64,000 nucleotides of DNA from Alphaproteobacteria bacterium (GCA_028599125.1 JAQRMX010000028.1:3898-67897); one strand, 5' to 3'. Positions 1-11,065 are shown, counted from the stretch's first letter. The notes: generated by a model not told the origin, from the letters alone. Program-made: numbers and translations.

Positions 1-1349
1 GACCGAGCATGAGTAATTGCCTCCATGGTCTGCGGTTTCACCCCGTCATCAGCGGCAACAACGACAACAACAATGTCCGTTACACTGGCTCCACGCTCGC
101 GCATGGCCGTAAAAGCAGCATGACCGGGCGTATCAATAAAAGTGATCTTTTTCCCTTCGCTAACTTCCAGCTGATAGGCTCCTATATGCTGCGTGATTCC
201 TCCCGCCTCACCAGCGGCAACACCTGTCTCCCGCAACGCATCAAGCAATGATGTTTTGCCATGATCGACATGGCCCATAATCGTAATCACAGGAACACGA
301 GAAGAAAGATCTTGCTCATTATCTTCAAAATTAAATAAACCGACCTCAACATCCGATTCCGCAACACGACGGACCGAGTGACCGATTTCCTCAGCAACAA
401 GTTGCGCAAGATCTGCATCGATGACATCACTCAGCGTGCATATATGACCCTGCTTCATGAGCAAATTGATCACATCACGCCCCCGCTCTGCCATACGATT
501 GGCAAGTTCCTGGATTGCAATCGTCTCAGGGATCACAACCTCTCGGAGAATTTTCTGCGGAAGATCCTGATTCAAGGCCTGTTTGCGCGCACGCTCCCGT
601 TGACGACGGATAGACGCCATGGAGCGGGCACGTTCACTCTCGTCATTAAAAGCATTGGAAATTGTCAAACGACTGCGACGACGCTGACGGTCCATATCGC
701 GTGCCGCAGGTTTCGGAGGAGCCTTAGCCGGAGATTTCGGGATCGACTTGACAGAAAACGAAACCTTTCGAACTGTTTCAAAGTCGGCAGCTGGAATGCC
801 CGAGCGTGACTTGGTATCAGGAAGCATGTCACCGGCAGCTGGTCCGGAAGGTAATGGGGCCTCCGAAACGCTCTTAGCCTCAGGCTTTTCTGCAACAGCA
901 GCGGCCTGTTCGCCCTCAACGAGTTGAAAGGAAGCAGGGTCACTCTCCGGGATAGAGTGCGATGCTTGACAAAGTTCCTCTTTCAGAGAATCACGATCTG
1001 CACGAGCAAGCGCTTCAGCAAGCACCTGACTGCGCGCCTCCCTCTCTCCTTCCGTCAATGTACCCTGAATGGCTGCACCAGTCTGTTCGGAAGACTTTTT
1101 CGGCACAGAAGAATTAACTTTCAGAGCAACAGAACCACCGACAGAATCAGAGGTAGCTGTAGAATCTGCCTGTTTATCGGCAGGATGTACAACGACACGC
1201 TGTTTTTTCTTCTCCACAATGACCGATTTTGAACGGCCGCGGGGAAAATTCTGCCGAATTAAACCCGAGTCAAACGTGCGCCTGAGTGACAACGTCTTGC
1301 TATTTTCAGGACACGGGAACCCGTCATCCTTTTCCTCTGTATCGCTCAT
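1..1349 (-). CDS. infB: Translation initiation factor IF-2, N-terminal ~449 codons (the rest runs off the left edge)
   Basis: Missing from the ORF track because there is no stop in the window. The reverse-strand ATG at 1349 gives [10 protein letters not shown]..., followed by a long low-complexity N-terminus. GTPase motifs were read directly: [14 protein letters not shown] (RC of ~245-290) and [10 protein letters not shown] (RC of ~100-135). It follows nusA/ylxR as in the canonical operon. Confidence 0.93.
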   Translation of the reverse strand, partial: MSDTEEKDDGFPCPENSKTLSLRRTFDSGLIRQNFPRGRSKSVIVEKKKQRVVVHPADKQADSTATSDSVGGSVALKVNSSVPKKSSEQTGAAIQGTLTEGEREARSQVLAEALARADRDSLKEELCQASHSIPESDPASFQLVEGEQAAAVAEKPEAKSVSEAPLPSGPAAGDMLPDTKSRSGIPAADFETVRKVSFSVKSIPKSPAKAPPKPAARDMDRQRRRSRLTISNAFNDESERARSMASIRRQRERARKQALNQDLPQKILREVVIPETIAIQELANRMAERGRDVINLLMKQGHICTLSDVIDADLAQLVAEEIGHSVRRVAESDVEVGLFNFEDNEQDLSSRVPVITIMGHVDHGKTSLLDALRETGVAAGEAGGITQHIGAYQLEVSEGKKITFIDTPGHAAFTAMRERGASVTDIVVVVVAADDGVKPQTMEAITHAR

Positions 1350-1377
1350 TCATTCCCTTACCTAGAACGACTCATGG

Positions 1378-2013
1378 CTACATCGGAGCTTTTGCAGAAC
1401 CTTCGTCTCCCTGACCAGAGAGAAAGCCGTTCCTGTCTCCAAAATCCACGAATCTCATAATCTTCTTCGCAAAAGCCGCACCCACCTGAGGTAATGCGGC
1501 ATGGATCACATTTAAAAGACCCAAAGCCTGTCCCAATTCCACAGATGTAAAAACCCTCACAAGCGCAACACGATCAACCTGACCACCCGCTGTCAACGCA
1601 GCACGCAACTTGCTCAGCCCATCCAACGACCCATCCGACGCATGCAAAACGCACGAAAGAACCTGATGACGCGCCGAATTCATCACGCAGGTACTTCCTA
1701 AAATCAGGACACCAGCCTTACGGGAAAGGCATAAGGAATCCAGAGATGCACGGAAAAGCTGCTGATGAACCTGCTCTGACAAATCATCATCTACCTTAAC
1801 AGGACGCCCGAAAGCGCGCTCAAAAACAGACCGGCGACGAACGGCAACATCCAAAATCCGCGAACGAGCTTCAACCCAGCAACCCCGACCCGGAAGACGC
1901 TCCCGAAGATCTGGAACAACACGACCAAAAGGATCCACAACAAAGCGAATCAAATCAGCCTTTTTTCCTGACGAACGAGACACAATGCAGCGACGCTGCG
2001 ACGGCCCACACAT
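1378..2013 (-). CDS. YlxR/DUF448-family RNA-binding protein of the nusA-infB operon
   Basis: 211-aa ORF between nusA and infB. It carries the DUF448-like segment RRCIVSR...LIRFVVDP...PDLRERLPGRGCWV, in the conserved operon position. Confidence 0.75.
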   Translation of the reverse strand: MCGPSQRRCIVSRSSGKKADLIRFVVDPFGRVVPDLRERLPGRGCWVEARSRILDVAVRRRSVFERAFGRPVKVDDDLSEQVHQQLFRASLDSLCLSRKAGVLILGSTCVMNSARHQVLSCVLHASDGSLDGLSKLRAALTAGGQVDRVALVRVFTSVELGQALGLLNVIHAALPQVGAAFAKKIMRFVDFGDRNGFLSGQGDEGSAKAPM

Positions 2014-2134
2014 AACGATCCCCGCAAAAAAGGTCTCCGGAGAGAACCTGCATAAAACAGAAACAAACAGGAAAATCTAAAAACAAATGTGATTTCTATG
2101 ATATCGACCACGCTTTACTTTTGCAACACCCTCC

Positions 2135-3742
2135 TCATGCGCTATCTTTCTCATGCACTGATTCGGGGATCGATCCGGATGCTGACATATCACGGGCATC
2201 AATCCAGCCACAACGCACGCGTGCCGACATGACAATCTCCTCCGTTTTCTTACGACAAAGGGAAAAAGGCGACAGAAAACCCGCATGATGCTCGGTATTA
2301 TCGCCTTTGCACTCCGTCCAGCCAATCAGATCATCAGGAACAAGACCGGCTAAATCTTCCATAGTCTTCACGCCATTCTCTCCAAGCACAACAAGCATCT
2401 CGTTCGACAAACCATCAATCTCCAGCAAACGATCCTCTATCTCTAGGGAAGACCGCTTCTCATTTATCTCGCTTTCCTTTTTCTGTAGATAGTCTCGTGC
2501 CCGGACCTGAATCTCTTTCGCCGTGTCCTCATCAAACCCCTGAATGGAAGCAATTTCCTGAAGCAGGACATAAGCAACTTCATCAACAGATGAAAAGCCT
2601 TCCGATGCTAAAAGCTGACCAATAACCTCATCAACATCAAGCGCTTTAACAAACAGGCCACTACGTTCCGTGAATTCCTTCTGACGACGCTCCGATTCCT
2701 CGGTCTCCGTCATAATATCGATATCCCAGCCGGTCAGTTGGGAGGCCAAGCGCACATTCTGACCACGGCGACCAATCGCACGAGACAATTGATCATTGGG
2801 AACAACAACTTCAATACGCTTTGCCCCTTCATCAAGCACAACCTTAACAACCTCCGCAGGTGCCAAGGCATTCACAATAAAACCCGCCGGATCAGAAGAC
2901 CACGGAACAATATCAATCTTCTCACCATGTAATTCGTTCACCACCGCCTGAACACGGCTTCCCCGCATCCCAACACAGGCACCAACAGGATCAATCGAGA
3001 CATCTTTCGATTCAACGGCGATCTTTGCACGCGAACCGGGATCACGGGCCACAGACTTTATCTCAATGATACCATCATAAATCTCCGGGACTTCCTGCTT
3101 AAAAAGCTTAACCATAAACTGCGGATGACTCCGGGAGAGAAAAATCTGGGCTCCGCGCGGCTCACGACGAACATCATAAATATAGGCACGCATCCGGTCT
3201 CCATAAGAAAATGTCTCTCGTGATAAACCATCCGCACGGCGCATCAAACCTTCCGCAGAACCAAGATCAACAATCACATCTCCATATTCCACACGACGAA
3301 CTGTACCGTTCACAATATCACCGATACGATCCTTATAATCATGATACCGATGCTCACGCTCTGCTTCACGAACCCTGTGAACAATGATCTGCTTTGCAGA
3401 CTGCGCCGCAAGACGACCAAAATCAAAAGACGGAAGTTCCTCAGAAATAGAGTCTCCGGCAGTGACATCAGGATGTGTGATCTGCGCTTGCAAAACCGAA
3501 ATTTGCCGCGCAGGTTCCTCTACATCCTCAACTACTTCAAGAACCCGTGTTAAACGAATATTCCCCGTCTTCGAATCAATCTTGGCAACAATCTCATTCT
3601 CACTCCCGTAACGAGATTTGGCGATTTTTTCAATCGCATCCTCCATCGCCAGAAGTATGACATCCCTGTCAATTGATTTCTCCCGAGCAACAGCATCCGC
3701 AATCTGCAGAAATTCAACCCGGTTCACCATCGACTGGATCAT
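2135..3742 (-). CDS. nusA: Transcription termination/antitermination factor NusA
   Basis: ORF 2135..3784. The likely start is an internal Met (MIQSMVNRVEFLQIADAVAREKSI...). KH-like segments GACVGMRGSRVQAVVNEL and AIGRRGQNVRLASQLTGW are present, and the context is rimP-nusA-infB. Confidence 0.95.
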   Translation of the reverse strand: MIQSMVNRVEFLQIADAVAREKSIDRDVILLAMEDAIEKIAKSRYGSENEIVAKIDSKTGNIRLTRVLEVVEDVEEPARQISVLQAQITHPDVTAGDSISEELPSFDFGRLAAQSAKQIIVHRVREAEREHRYHDYKDRIGDIVNGTVRRVEYGDVIVDLGSAEGLMRRADGLSRETFSYGDRMRAYIYDVRREPRGAQIFLSRSHPQFMVKLFKQEVPEIYDGIIEIKSVARDPGSRAKIAVESKDVSIDPVGACVGMRGSRVQAVVNELHGEKIDIVPWSSDPAGFIVNALAPAEVVKVVLDEGAKRIEVVVPNDQLSRAIGRRGQNVRLASQLTGWDIDIMTETEESERRQKEFTERSGLFVKALDVDEVIGQLLASEGFSSVDEVAYVLLQEIASIQGFDEDTAKEIQVRARDYLQKKESEINEKRSSLEIEDRLLEIDGLSNEMLVVLGENGVKTMEDLAGLVPDDLIGWTECKGDNTEHHAGFLSPFSLCRKKTEEIVMSARVRCGWIDARDMSASGSIPESVHEKDSA

Positions 3743-3803
3743 TCCACGCCTCCCAAGATTACAACGTCTATATAACGCCGACACCCATCACACAATTGCC
3801 GCC

Positions 3804-4415
3804 CTATTCAACGGAATATGAAACATCATCCGAAGCATCACCCTCCGGCATCGTTCGGGATGGAGAAGACAGACCCAAGCGAACCAGATCTTCCATCATA
3901 ACGAGGCGAACCTCACGAATCAAAGAAAAAGGAAAACGACGCCCCTCAGTCTCTTCGTCATCTCCACGACACCGAAGAGACACCGAAGCGCTATCAACCC
4001 CAAAAAGAGAACCACGAAACCGACGCTGACCATCAAGAAAATCATAGGTCTCAAGCTTCACCTCATGACCAGACCATTGCTCAAAATCACAGATACGAAC
4101 AAGGGGACGATTAATCCCGGGTGAAGAAACTTCGAGATGATAAGGACCCTCAACAGAACTTTCAACATCCAGAAAAGCAGACAAACCCCGGCTCACTTCA
4201 GAACAGCCGCCTATATCCATAGTCCCGTCAGAACGCTCCGCCATAATCTGCAATGTACAACCATTGAGATTCAAAAGACGCACCCGAACAAGACGAAAAC
4301 CCAAATCGCAAATGACCGGCTCCACAACACAGGCAAGACGCCGATCCTCTTCCCGTTCCAGAATCACGCGGGGCTCATCAGCAACAAAAAACATCTTGCC
4401 CGAATCTGACGACAA
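3804..4415 (-). CDS. rimP: Ribosome maturation factor RimP
   Basis: 203-aa ORF immediately upstream of nusA. It contains the RimP-like segment LEVSSPGINRPL. Confidence 0.9.
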   Translation of the reverse strand: MSSDSGKMFFVADEPRVILEREEDRRLACVVEPVICDLGFRLVRVRLLNLNGCTLQIMAERSDGTMDIGGCSEVSRGLSAFLDVESSVEGPYHLEVSSPGINRPLVRICDFEQWSGHEVKLETYDFLDGQRRFRGSLFGVDSASVSLRCRGDDEETEGRRFPFSLIREVRLVMMEDLVRLGLSSPSRTMPEGDASDDVSYSVE

Positions 4416-4487
4416 AATGCAAACTCCTCGGATAAAAGAAAAAAAATAACGAAAAAAGACAGAAACAAAGGCGATAAAAACACAAAG

Positions 4488-4514
4488 GGAGCAGACCCTA
4501 ACGAGACCTGCTCC
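4488..4514 (-). terminator. Possible intrinsic terminator or leader hairpin between trmB and rimP
   Basis: On the minus strand, a 7-bp stem GGAGCAG (13-nt loop) CTGCTCC is followed by T-rich CTTTGTGTTTTTATCGCCTTTGTTTCTGTCTTTTTT. The stem is short and the loop long, so support is weak. Confidence 0.35.
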
Positions 4515-4750
4515 TCAGCATAAAACCGCACAATACGCCCCGCTGCTTGCTCACTCTATCATTTCTGCCTGTAATTGCAAGCAAAGTCGGGAACAGACTC
4601 TCCGCATCTCTCCCTACAACCCCGGGATCCTCTTCATTTTCTCTTCATCGTTGAAAAAATAAAGGCTGGATATAAAACCCAATAAAAAAGGAAAAGAAAG
4701 AGAAAATCAGGATATTAGGACCGCAGGTCTATAACAAAACAATAAAAAGC

Positions 4751-5479
4751 TTACAGACAAAACGGAACAACAGGCTCACGCAAAAAACAAAGATAAGAAG
4801 AGGGTCTCCCGAGACACGCCGCTTTCGCCTCATAGCGCGTCACAACAGGCCAGTCATCAGGACGTACACGCCAATCCCGGGCACAACAAGCCTGCCACCG
4901 AAATGACGGGTGACGATAAATACGACGCAATATCCAGTCAATATAATCTGAAATATCGCTGGCAATGCGCAATTCTCCACCGGGCGCAAGCAAACGCGCA
5001 CATTCATCAATCATCTCTGATGAAAAAAGGCGGCGCTTCTGATGCCGTGCCTTTGGCCAAGGATCAGGAAATAACGTAAATATGCGCGTTAAAGACCCAG
5101 AGGGAAATAAGGGAAGCAAATCACGAACATCGCCATCATAAATACGTATATTCTCCAGATTTTCCGCCTCAATGCCCGAAAGCGCCTTCACCATCCCGTT
5201 AATAAAAGGTTCAACACCAATCAGACCGCAAAGAGGATTGAGACGCGCCTGCGATAATAAATGCTCCGCCGAACCAAAGCCGATCTCAAGCCAGATTTCT
5301 TCAGGAGAAAAAGAAAATAAATCCCGTAAATCTTCAGTAAATGAGGAAGGTGTAATACGGAAACGCGGTAAAAATTGATCAATGAGACATTTTTGCGAAG
5401 GCCGCAGCCGATACCCTTTCCGGCGACCATAAAAACGATATGCCGGTACAGACTCCCGAGACAAAACACCTACTCCCAA
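4751..5479 (-). CDS. trmB: tRNA (guanine-N7)-methyltransferase TrmB
   Basis: 242-aa ORF with a TTG start. It has the SAM-binding EIGFGSAEHL segment and the FPDPWPKARHQKRR motif. Confidence 0.9.
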   Translation of the reverse strand: MGVGVLSRESVPAYRFYGRRKGYRLRPSQKCLIDQFLPRFRITPSSFTEDLRDLFSFSPEEIWLEIGFGSAEHLLSQARLNPLCGLIGVEPFINGMVKALSGIEAENLENIRIYDGDVRDLLPLFPSGSLTRIFTLFPDPWPKARHQKRRLFSSEMIDECARLLAPGGELRIASDISDYIDWILRRIYRHPSFRWQACCARDWRVRPDDWPVVTRYEAKAACLGRPSSYLCFLREPVVPFCL

Positions 5480-5526
5480 AAGGCCTTATGAATAAAAAAG
5501 AAAATGACTCATAAACAAAGCTTCCT

Positions 5527-6699
5527 TCATAGCAGGGCCTTCCTTATCTCTTCAACAAGATCCGTCCGCTCCCATGAAAATCCCCCATCATCATCTGGTA
5601 AACGACCAAAATGGCCATACGCTGCCGTCCGCTCATAAATCGGCAGATCAAGACGAAGATGACGGCGAATACCAAGAGGCGAAAGATCCATAAGAGACTG
5701 AAGGGATGCCTCCACCAAACTCTCTCCAACAATACCCGTTCCATGAAAATTGACATAAAAAGATAAGGGCTTGGGAATGCCAATTCCATAAGAAATCTGT
5801 ATCGTGCAACGCTCAGCTAGACCCGCCGCAACAACATTCTTCGCCAGATAACGCGCCGCATAAGCAGCAGAACGATCAACCTTGCTCGGATCCTTGCCCG
5901 AAAAAGCACCCCCGCCATGCGGGGCCGCACCTCCATAGGTATCAACAATAATCTTACGACCCGTCAAGCCACAATCACCCTCCGGCCCTCCGATCACAAA
6001 ACGACCCGTCGGATTAACGTAAAAATCATCATCGGGGCACATCCAGCCGGAAGGAAGAATATCTTCGACAAAAGGCCTTACAATCTCACGGACCTCCTCC
6101 TGGGACAATCCTTCGTCATGCTGCGTCGAAACAACGACAGATGTCGCGCAAACCGGCTGACCGTCCTCATACCGCAAGGTTACCTGGCTCTTCGCATCAG
6201 GACCAAGACCTTTGACCGCGCCGGAAAAGCGTGCTTCCTCAAGCTTCTTCAAAATACGATGAGCAAAGAAAATAGGTGCCGGCATCAGAATATCCGTCTC
6301 TTTGCAAGCATAACCGAACATAATACCCTGGTCGCCCGCCCCCCCAGCAGCACGACTGCCAGACCCGTCTACACCGATCTCAATATCAGGAGATTGCTGG
6401 TGAACATAGACATCTACACGCGCTTTCTGCCAGTGAAAAGACTCTTGCTCATAACCGATTTTTTTCACAATTTCACGCGCAATCTCTTCCATCCGCTCTA
6501 CCGTAACAGAGTCAGGACCACGGACCTCACCTGACAAAATAATCAGGTTCGTTGTGACGAGAGTTTCCAACGCCACTTTTGAAGTCCCCATCGTACCGAG
6601 AAATTCATCAACAATAGCATCTGAAATGCGGTCACAAATCTTGTCCGGATGACCGGAAGAAACGGACTCACTCGTAAAAAGATAAGAAGAACGAATCAC
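5527..6699 (-). CDS. metK: S-adenosylmethionine synthetase
   Basis: GTG start with GGAGG 9 nt upstream. Motifs [25 protein letters not shown] and [19 protein letters not shown] are present. Confidence 0.97.
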   Translation of the reverse strand: MIRSSYLFTSESVSSGHPDKICDRISDAIVDEFLGTMGTSKVALETLVTTNLIILSGEVRGPDSVTVERMEEIAREIVKKIGYEQESFHWQKARVDVYVHQQSPDIEIGVDGSGSRAAGGAGDQGIMFGYACKETDILMPAPIFFAHRILKKLEEARFSGAVKGLGPDAKSQVTLRYEDGQPVCATSVVVSTQHDEGLSQEEVREIVRPFVEDILPSGWMCPDDDFYVNPTGRFVIGGPEGDCGLTGRKIIVDTYGGAAPHGGGAFSGKDPSKVDRSAAYAARYLAKNVVAAGLAERCTIQISYGIGIPKPLSFYVNFHGTGIVGESLVEASLQSLMDLSPLGIRRHLRLDLPIYERTAAYGHFGRLPDDDGGFSWERTDLVEEIRKALL

Positions 6700-6729
6700 A
6701 GGAAATTACCTCCAAAAAACAAAAAAACA

Positions 6730-6747
6730 TTGCTTAAAAAAAAGCAA
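6730..6747 (-). terminator. Weak AT-rich hairpin plus T-run after the HTH regulator gene
   Basis: Minus strand reads TTGCTT-TTTTTT-AAGCAA followed by TGTTTTTTTGTTTTTTGG, directly upstream of the metK RBS. The stem is only 6 bp and AT-rich. Confidence 0.3.
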
Positions 6748-6765
6748 CCCGATGAACAATGAAAA

Positions 6766-7167
6766 TTAATCAGCTTCCGCCATGCTGCGGACAAATTGGG
6801 CAATATTGCGACGAATACGAGGATCTTTGATTCCGATAAAAGCGCGAACCAGTTGCAGACCATCACTGGATTGATAAAACTCAGTGATGTAATCATGCTG
6901 TTCATCCTCTGCAAGACCCTTGGACCTTTCCAGACTAACTGCAAGGCCCTCATAAAAATAAGAAATAGGCGTATTAAGTGTCTTCGAAATATCCCATAAA
7001 CGGCTTGCGCCAATCCGATTGCTTCCCTTTTCATACTTTTGAATCTGCTGAAACGTCAAACCAAGACTGCTGGCCAGCCTTTCCTGGCTCATCTTCAGAA
7101 GAGCACGGCGAAGACGCACGCGACCACCTACATGGACATCAACAGGATGAGGAAGTTTTTTTTGCAT
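6766..7167 (-). CDS. XRE-family helix-turn-helix transcriptional regulator
   Basis: 133-aa ORF with an HTH segment LKMSQERLASSLGLTFQQIQKYEKGSNRIGASRL. Confidence 0.75.
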   Translation of the reverse strand: MQKKLPHPVDVHVGGRVRLRRALLKMSQERLASSLGLTFQQIQKYEKGSNRIGASRLWDISKTLNTPISYFYEGLAVSLERSKGLAEDEQHDYITEFYQSSDGLQLVRAFIGIKDPRIRRNIAQFVRSMAEAD

Positions 7168-7553
7168 GCAAAACTCTACAAGTTAATCACGTGACCAGAA
7201 CAAAAAGCAAAGATATAGAAAAGCCTGTTCGTTCTATCTAATCCGGAGAGCATAAATGGTCAAGCAATAGGAATAAAATATCAATAAAACATCCAGAAAA
7301 CAATCAAATCAAATCGAAAAAAATACTATATCAAGAAAAAATATTCTATGCGGATAACACATCAATAAGTATACGCTGAAAATAAAAAACGACCGCTTAG
7401 AACCACCGAAGAAAAAAATGTCCATCAAAAAGTGTCTCATCACCAGAAAAACTGTCCGGAGACGGGATAAGAAAAATCTTCCTCATCCCAAACCCGTATA
7501 TATTTTCCTACCCATTAACCCATTTTCCAGCACACGCGTCTTTGAACAACAGT

Positions 7554-9164
7554 TCATCTATTCATAGGCCTTAAAACAAAAACAAGAAAAATGCTAGAAA
7601 ACAACATGAAAAAGAGAATCCAGTTTCCAAATTTCACAAAAATCGTCTTCGGCAAAGGCTGTGGCAACCGGCCATCCAGTACAGCACGTGTGCCGGCAGG
7701 AACAAACGTCCTCATGCGACCATAAGGATCTATAATCGCTGAACCGCCGGTTCCAACAGCGCGCACAAGGGAGACACCTTGCTCAATTGCCTGCAAACGT
7801 GCACGATGCAAATATTGCCATGAACCCGCAAAAAGCGTGATCATGCCGCCATGGCCGAGATTTAAAATCCATTCTGGATGAACCAAGCCAAAATCTTGTC
7901 CTAGGGAAAGGGCAATTTCAGGTCCGATCAACGGCAAAAATGCAGGAGTTCCCGGGAGATCAATCGTGGAACGAACAGGACCGGAAATTATGCGCCCCTC
8001 TAGGCCATCAGGGAAATCAATCTTCAAAAGATCAAATAAAGAGTGAAAAAATAAGCCGAAGGGCACGCGCGCAACACGGTCATAAACAGCCAGAAGACGA
8101 GCCTCATTATCAAAAGCCAGAAAGGAATCGTAAAGCAGAAACTGTCCCGGTCGCTCAGCAGCCTCACGGCGGAACGCCCCCATCAGCAAAAGCGTACCAG
8201 GGGGAAGTAAACGAACAAGAGACAGACGGACCTCCTTGTCGTCTTCAGGAAAAAAAAATCCATACGCACCCGGCCAAATCAGATGCGTCACATCCTCAGC
8301 TCCTGAGAAAGACGGAGAAGTTGCCTTATCGCTCAACGCCCAGTAGGATGAAAGGATTGTCTCCCCCTCTTTTGGAGACCAGAAAGCCTTGTGAGGTTGA
8401 ACAACACGGAGGCGAACCGACTCAAAAACAGGTAAGTCCCCAACAGGAATACGCCACAAACCATAAATAAAAATCAGAAAAAGCAAAAAAGAACCAGAAA
8501 CAGGCACAAACCAGACCGCTTCCCGAAAATCACTACGCCTCATTCCAATAATCGAAGGACTCGAAAAAATCAAAACACACAGAAATGTAAGACCCTGAAC
8601 GCCAACAATTGATGCAAATTGCATCAAGGATTCAAACGCCGCAAGACCTTCTCCGAAGCGATTGAGAGGAAATTCAAACGGTATCTGAACACGAAACCAC
8701 TCTCCTATGGTCAACCCCACTGCAAGCGCAAAAACACGACAGCCACCTGAAGACCATAAAAGATAGGCAATAACAGTCCCTGAAGCCATACTTGCTGAAA
8801 GTAAAAACAGAGCCAGAAAAAATTCAAAAAAGGCCAAAAGCTGGCTATCAGACCCGTCGCCTATCATGACAAAAGCAAGCCAATGGAAACAAGACAAAAA
8901 ATAACCAAAGCCAAAACACCAGCCAATAACGGCTGCCGTCAAAAAGCGCTTGAAAATGCTCAAACAGGAAGCGCCAGAACCATCACGGCCCGACAGAGAA
9001 CCAAGACCGTCTAGAAGCCAGACCAGAATTGAGAATGTTACGAAAAAAACAGGAAGTATATGAAAAGGGGCCAGAGCAAGAGAAGAGAAAGCACCAGAAA
9101 GAAAGGCTATCAGCGCCCGACGCCATCCCCATAAAATAACAATCCGTGATGCAAATGATTGCAT
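7554..9164 (-). CDS. lnt: Apolipoprotein N-acyltransferase
   Basis: 536-aa ORF with a polytopic hydrophobic N-terminal half and a C-terminal carbon-nitrogen-hydrolase-like half. It sits downstream of corC/ybeY as in the conserved miaB-ybeY-corC-lnt cluster. Confidence 0.9.
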   Translation of the reverse strand: MQSFASRIVILWGWRRALIAFLSGAFSSLALAPFHILPVFFVTFSILVWLLDGLGSLSGRDGSGASCLSIFKRFLTAAVIGWCFGFGYFLSCFHWLAFVMIGDGSDSQLLAFFEFFLALFLLSASMASGTVIAYLLWSSGGCRVFALAVGLTIGEWFRVQIPFEFPLNRFGEGLAAFESLMQFASIVGVQGLTFLCVLIFSSPSIIGMRRSDFREAVWFVPVSGSFLLFLIFIYGLWRIPVGDLPVFESVRLRVVQPHKAFWSPKEGETILSSYWALSDKATSPSFSGAEDVTHLIWPGAYGFFFPEDDKEVRLSLVRLLPPGTLLLMGAFRREAAERPGQFLLYDSFLAFDNEARLLAVYDRVARVPFGLFFHSLFDLLKIDFPDGLEGRIISGPVRSTIDLPGTPAFLPLIGPEIALSLGQDFGLVHPEWILNLGHGGMITLFAGSWQYLHRARLQAIEQGVSLVRAVGTGGSAIIDPYGRMRTFVPAGTRAVLDGRLPQPLPKTIFVKFGNWILFFMLFSSIFLVFVLRPMNR

Positions 9165-9438
9165 GAGCCGTCCCCGAGAAGAGCGCCTCCTGCCAAAGAA
9201 TCAGGCAAGAAAAAAGACGATCCCAGCGAATAAAACCACAAACGCAACCCTACAGAACCATAATCAATCACCGATAATACACGGCTACGAACACAAAACA
9301 AATGGAAGAACAGAAAAATACGCAAAAAAAGAAACCGCAACAAACAGAAACGCCGTCAATACCATCCGCCATCACCCATAAAATAACAATCCGAGCCTAT
9401 CCGGGCGTGATACAAATGACTTCCAAAACCCGATACCC

Positions 9439-10419
9439 TTAATCCTCCTTCCTATGACAATGGATCCTCAAAACCTTGACTCTCCGCAGATCCGCATCAA
9501 GAATCTCAAATGTAAGGCCACCTTCCTCACAAATCACGAACTCACCGCATGCAGGAACACGACCCGAGAGGGAAAAAATAAGACCGCCAAGTGTTTCAAC
9601 TTCCTCCTCCACTATCGATAAATTAATATTCGTACCAATCAGACGCCTGAGATCCTCAATTGAAGCACGCGCATCAGCAACATAGCTCCCATCCTTTTCA
9701 TAAACAATCTGCAGTGGTGTGTTCGTATCATGCTCGTCTTCAATCTCACCGACAATTTCCTCAACAAGATCTTCAATCGACAAAAGTCCTTCGGTCCCAC
9801 CATATTCATCAACAACAACAACAAGATGAGTACGATTGGCCTGCATTTGGACAAATAAATCAACCGCAAACATAGAAGGAGGAACAAACAGAACGCGACG
9901 GACAAGGTAAGTCGACGAAAGTCTACTAGATAAATCAACCTGCTGGAGATCAAGCGATAAATCCGAATCTTTATCCAAACAGGCCGTACGGGTGATGTAT
10001 GCCATCATATCCTTGATATGAACCATACCCGTAGGATCATCTAGTGTATCCCGATAGGTTGGAATCCGCGAATGACCCGCTTTCCCAAAAAGCGTCAACA
10101 AATCATCAAGCCTGATCCGTTCATCAACCGCAACAATATCAGCCCGTGGGACCATAACGTCTTCCACACGCAAACGGCGAAATCCCAAAACATTCAAAAG
10201 CATTAAACGTGAGGGGCCCCGTTGTTCCAAAGCTGTCTCCAGATTCTCACGAATTGAAACGTCCGAACCAAACCCGGCTAAATTTTTCAGGCCCCGGAAA
10301 AAACCTTTTCCCACCTTACGTCCCCGGTCTTCAACGCCAACCGTCCCCGCTGATCCGTAAAAAAGACCACGCACCCACACCGACACATCACAAAATATCT
10401 GTTTTATCAATAAAAACAT
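9439..10419 (-). CDS. corC: CorC/HlyC-family CBS-domain protein (magnesium/cobalt efflux-associated)
   Basis: 326-aa ORF with a CBS-pair region (VMVPRADIVAVD...) and the CorC_HlyC C-terminal segment DEYGGTEGLLSIEDLVEEIVGEIEDEHD. Confidence 0.88.
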   Translation of the reverse strand: MFLLIKQIFCDVSVWVRGLFYGSAGTVGVEDRGRKVGKGFFRGLKNLAGFGSDVSIRENLETALEQRGPSRLMLLNVLGFRRLRVEDVMVPRADIVAVDERIRLDDLLTLFGKAGHSRIPTYRDTLDDPTGMVHIKDMMAYITRTACLDKDSDLSLDLQQVDLSSRLSSTYLVRRVLFVPPSMFAVDLFVQMQANRTHLVVVVDEYGGTEGLLSIEDLVEEIVGEIEDEHDTNTPLQIVYEKDGSYVADARASIEDLRRLIGTNINLSIVEEEVETLGGLIFSLSGRVPACGEFVICEEGGLTFEILDADLRRVKVLRIHCHRKED

Positions 10420-10420
10420 C

Positions 10421-10930
10421 CTATGAAAATCCGATATTCCGTTCCGGTCTTAGAAGAGAAAAAGAGAAAAAATGTTCTAGAATATCCCGCTCAATTCCCT
10501 CCATCGTCTCCGCTTCGGAAAAAGAGACATGATCATAGCCGCAAAGATGAAGAAGGCCGTGTACAATCAGATGGGCAAGGTGATCAACAGGCTTTTTCCC
10601 ACTTGACAGCGCCTCACGAATAATCGTCTCTCTCGCAAAAACAAGATCACCAAGAAAACGGCAGGGAACACCCTCACCTGGAGGAATTTGAGGAAAAGAA
10701 AGAACATTCGTAGAGTTATCAACGCCCCGATACTCCAGATTGAGGCGATGGAGAAGAACATCATTGCCAAAAACAACACCAAGCTCCGTCCCGGAAGCAA
10801 AATCCAGGGAAACCTTCCGGAACGCCGCATCAACAACCTCATGAACAAGACCTTCAAGATCACCAAATTCGAGACCCCATTCCTTTTCTTTTACACATAT
10901 ATCAATAATCACATTGATCCCACCAAACAA
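10421..10930 (-). CDS. ybeY: rRNA maturation endoribonuclease YbeY
   Basis: 169-aa ORF with the zinc-binding motif HLIVHGLLHLCGYDH. Confidence 0.92.
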   Translation of the reverse strand: MFGGINVIIDICVKEKEWGLEFGDLEGLVHEVVDAAFRKVSLDFASGTELGVVFGNDVLLHRLNLEYRGVDNSTNVLSFPQIPPGEGVPCRFLGDLVFARETIIREALSSGKKPVDHLAHLIVHGLLHLCGYDHVSFSEAETMEGIERDILEHFFSFSLLRPERNIGFS

Positions 10931-11065
10931 AAGGAATAAGGAAACGAATATGTTAAAAACAATAAATCACAGGAAACAGTACGGGAAACACGACACCCTT
11001 TAAAAAATATCATTGCTCCTAAAAACAGCAAACCAGAACCTCGTTTCCCAAAAGCCGACCGACGG

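Noticed and set aside
9-1365. Five + strand ORFs (80-143 aa) at the left edge
   Set aside because: They lie antisense to, or out of frame with, a clear reverse-strand infB reading frame (G-domain motifs read directly). Their products are Arg/Ser/Thr-rich and low-complexity, with no motifs.
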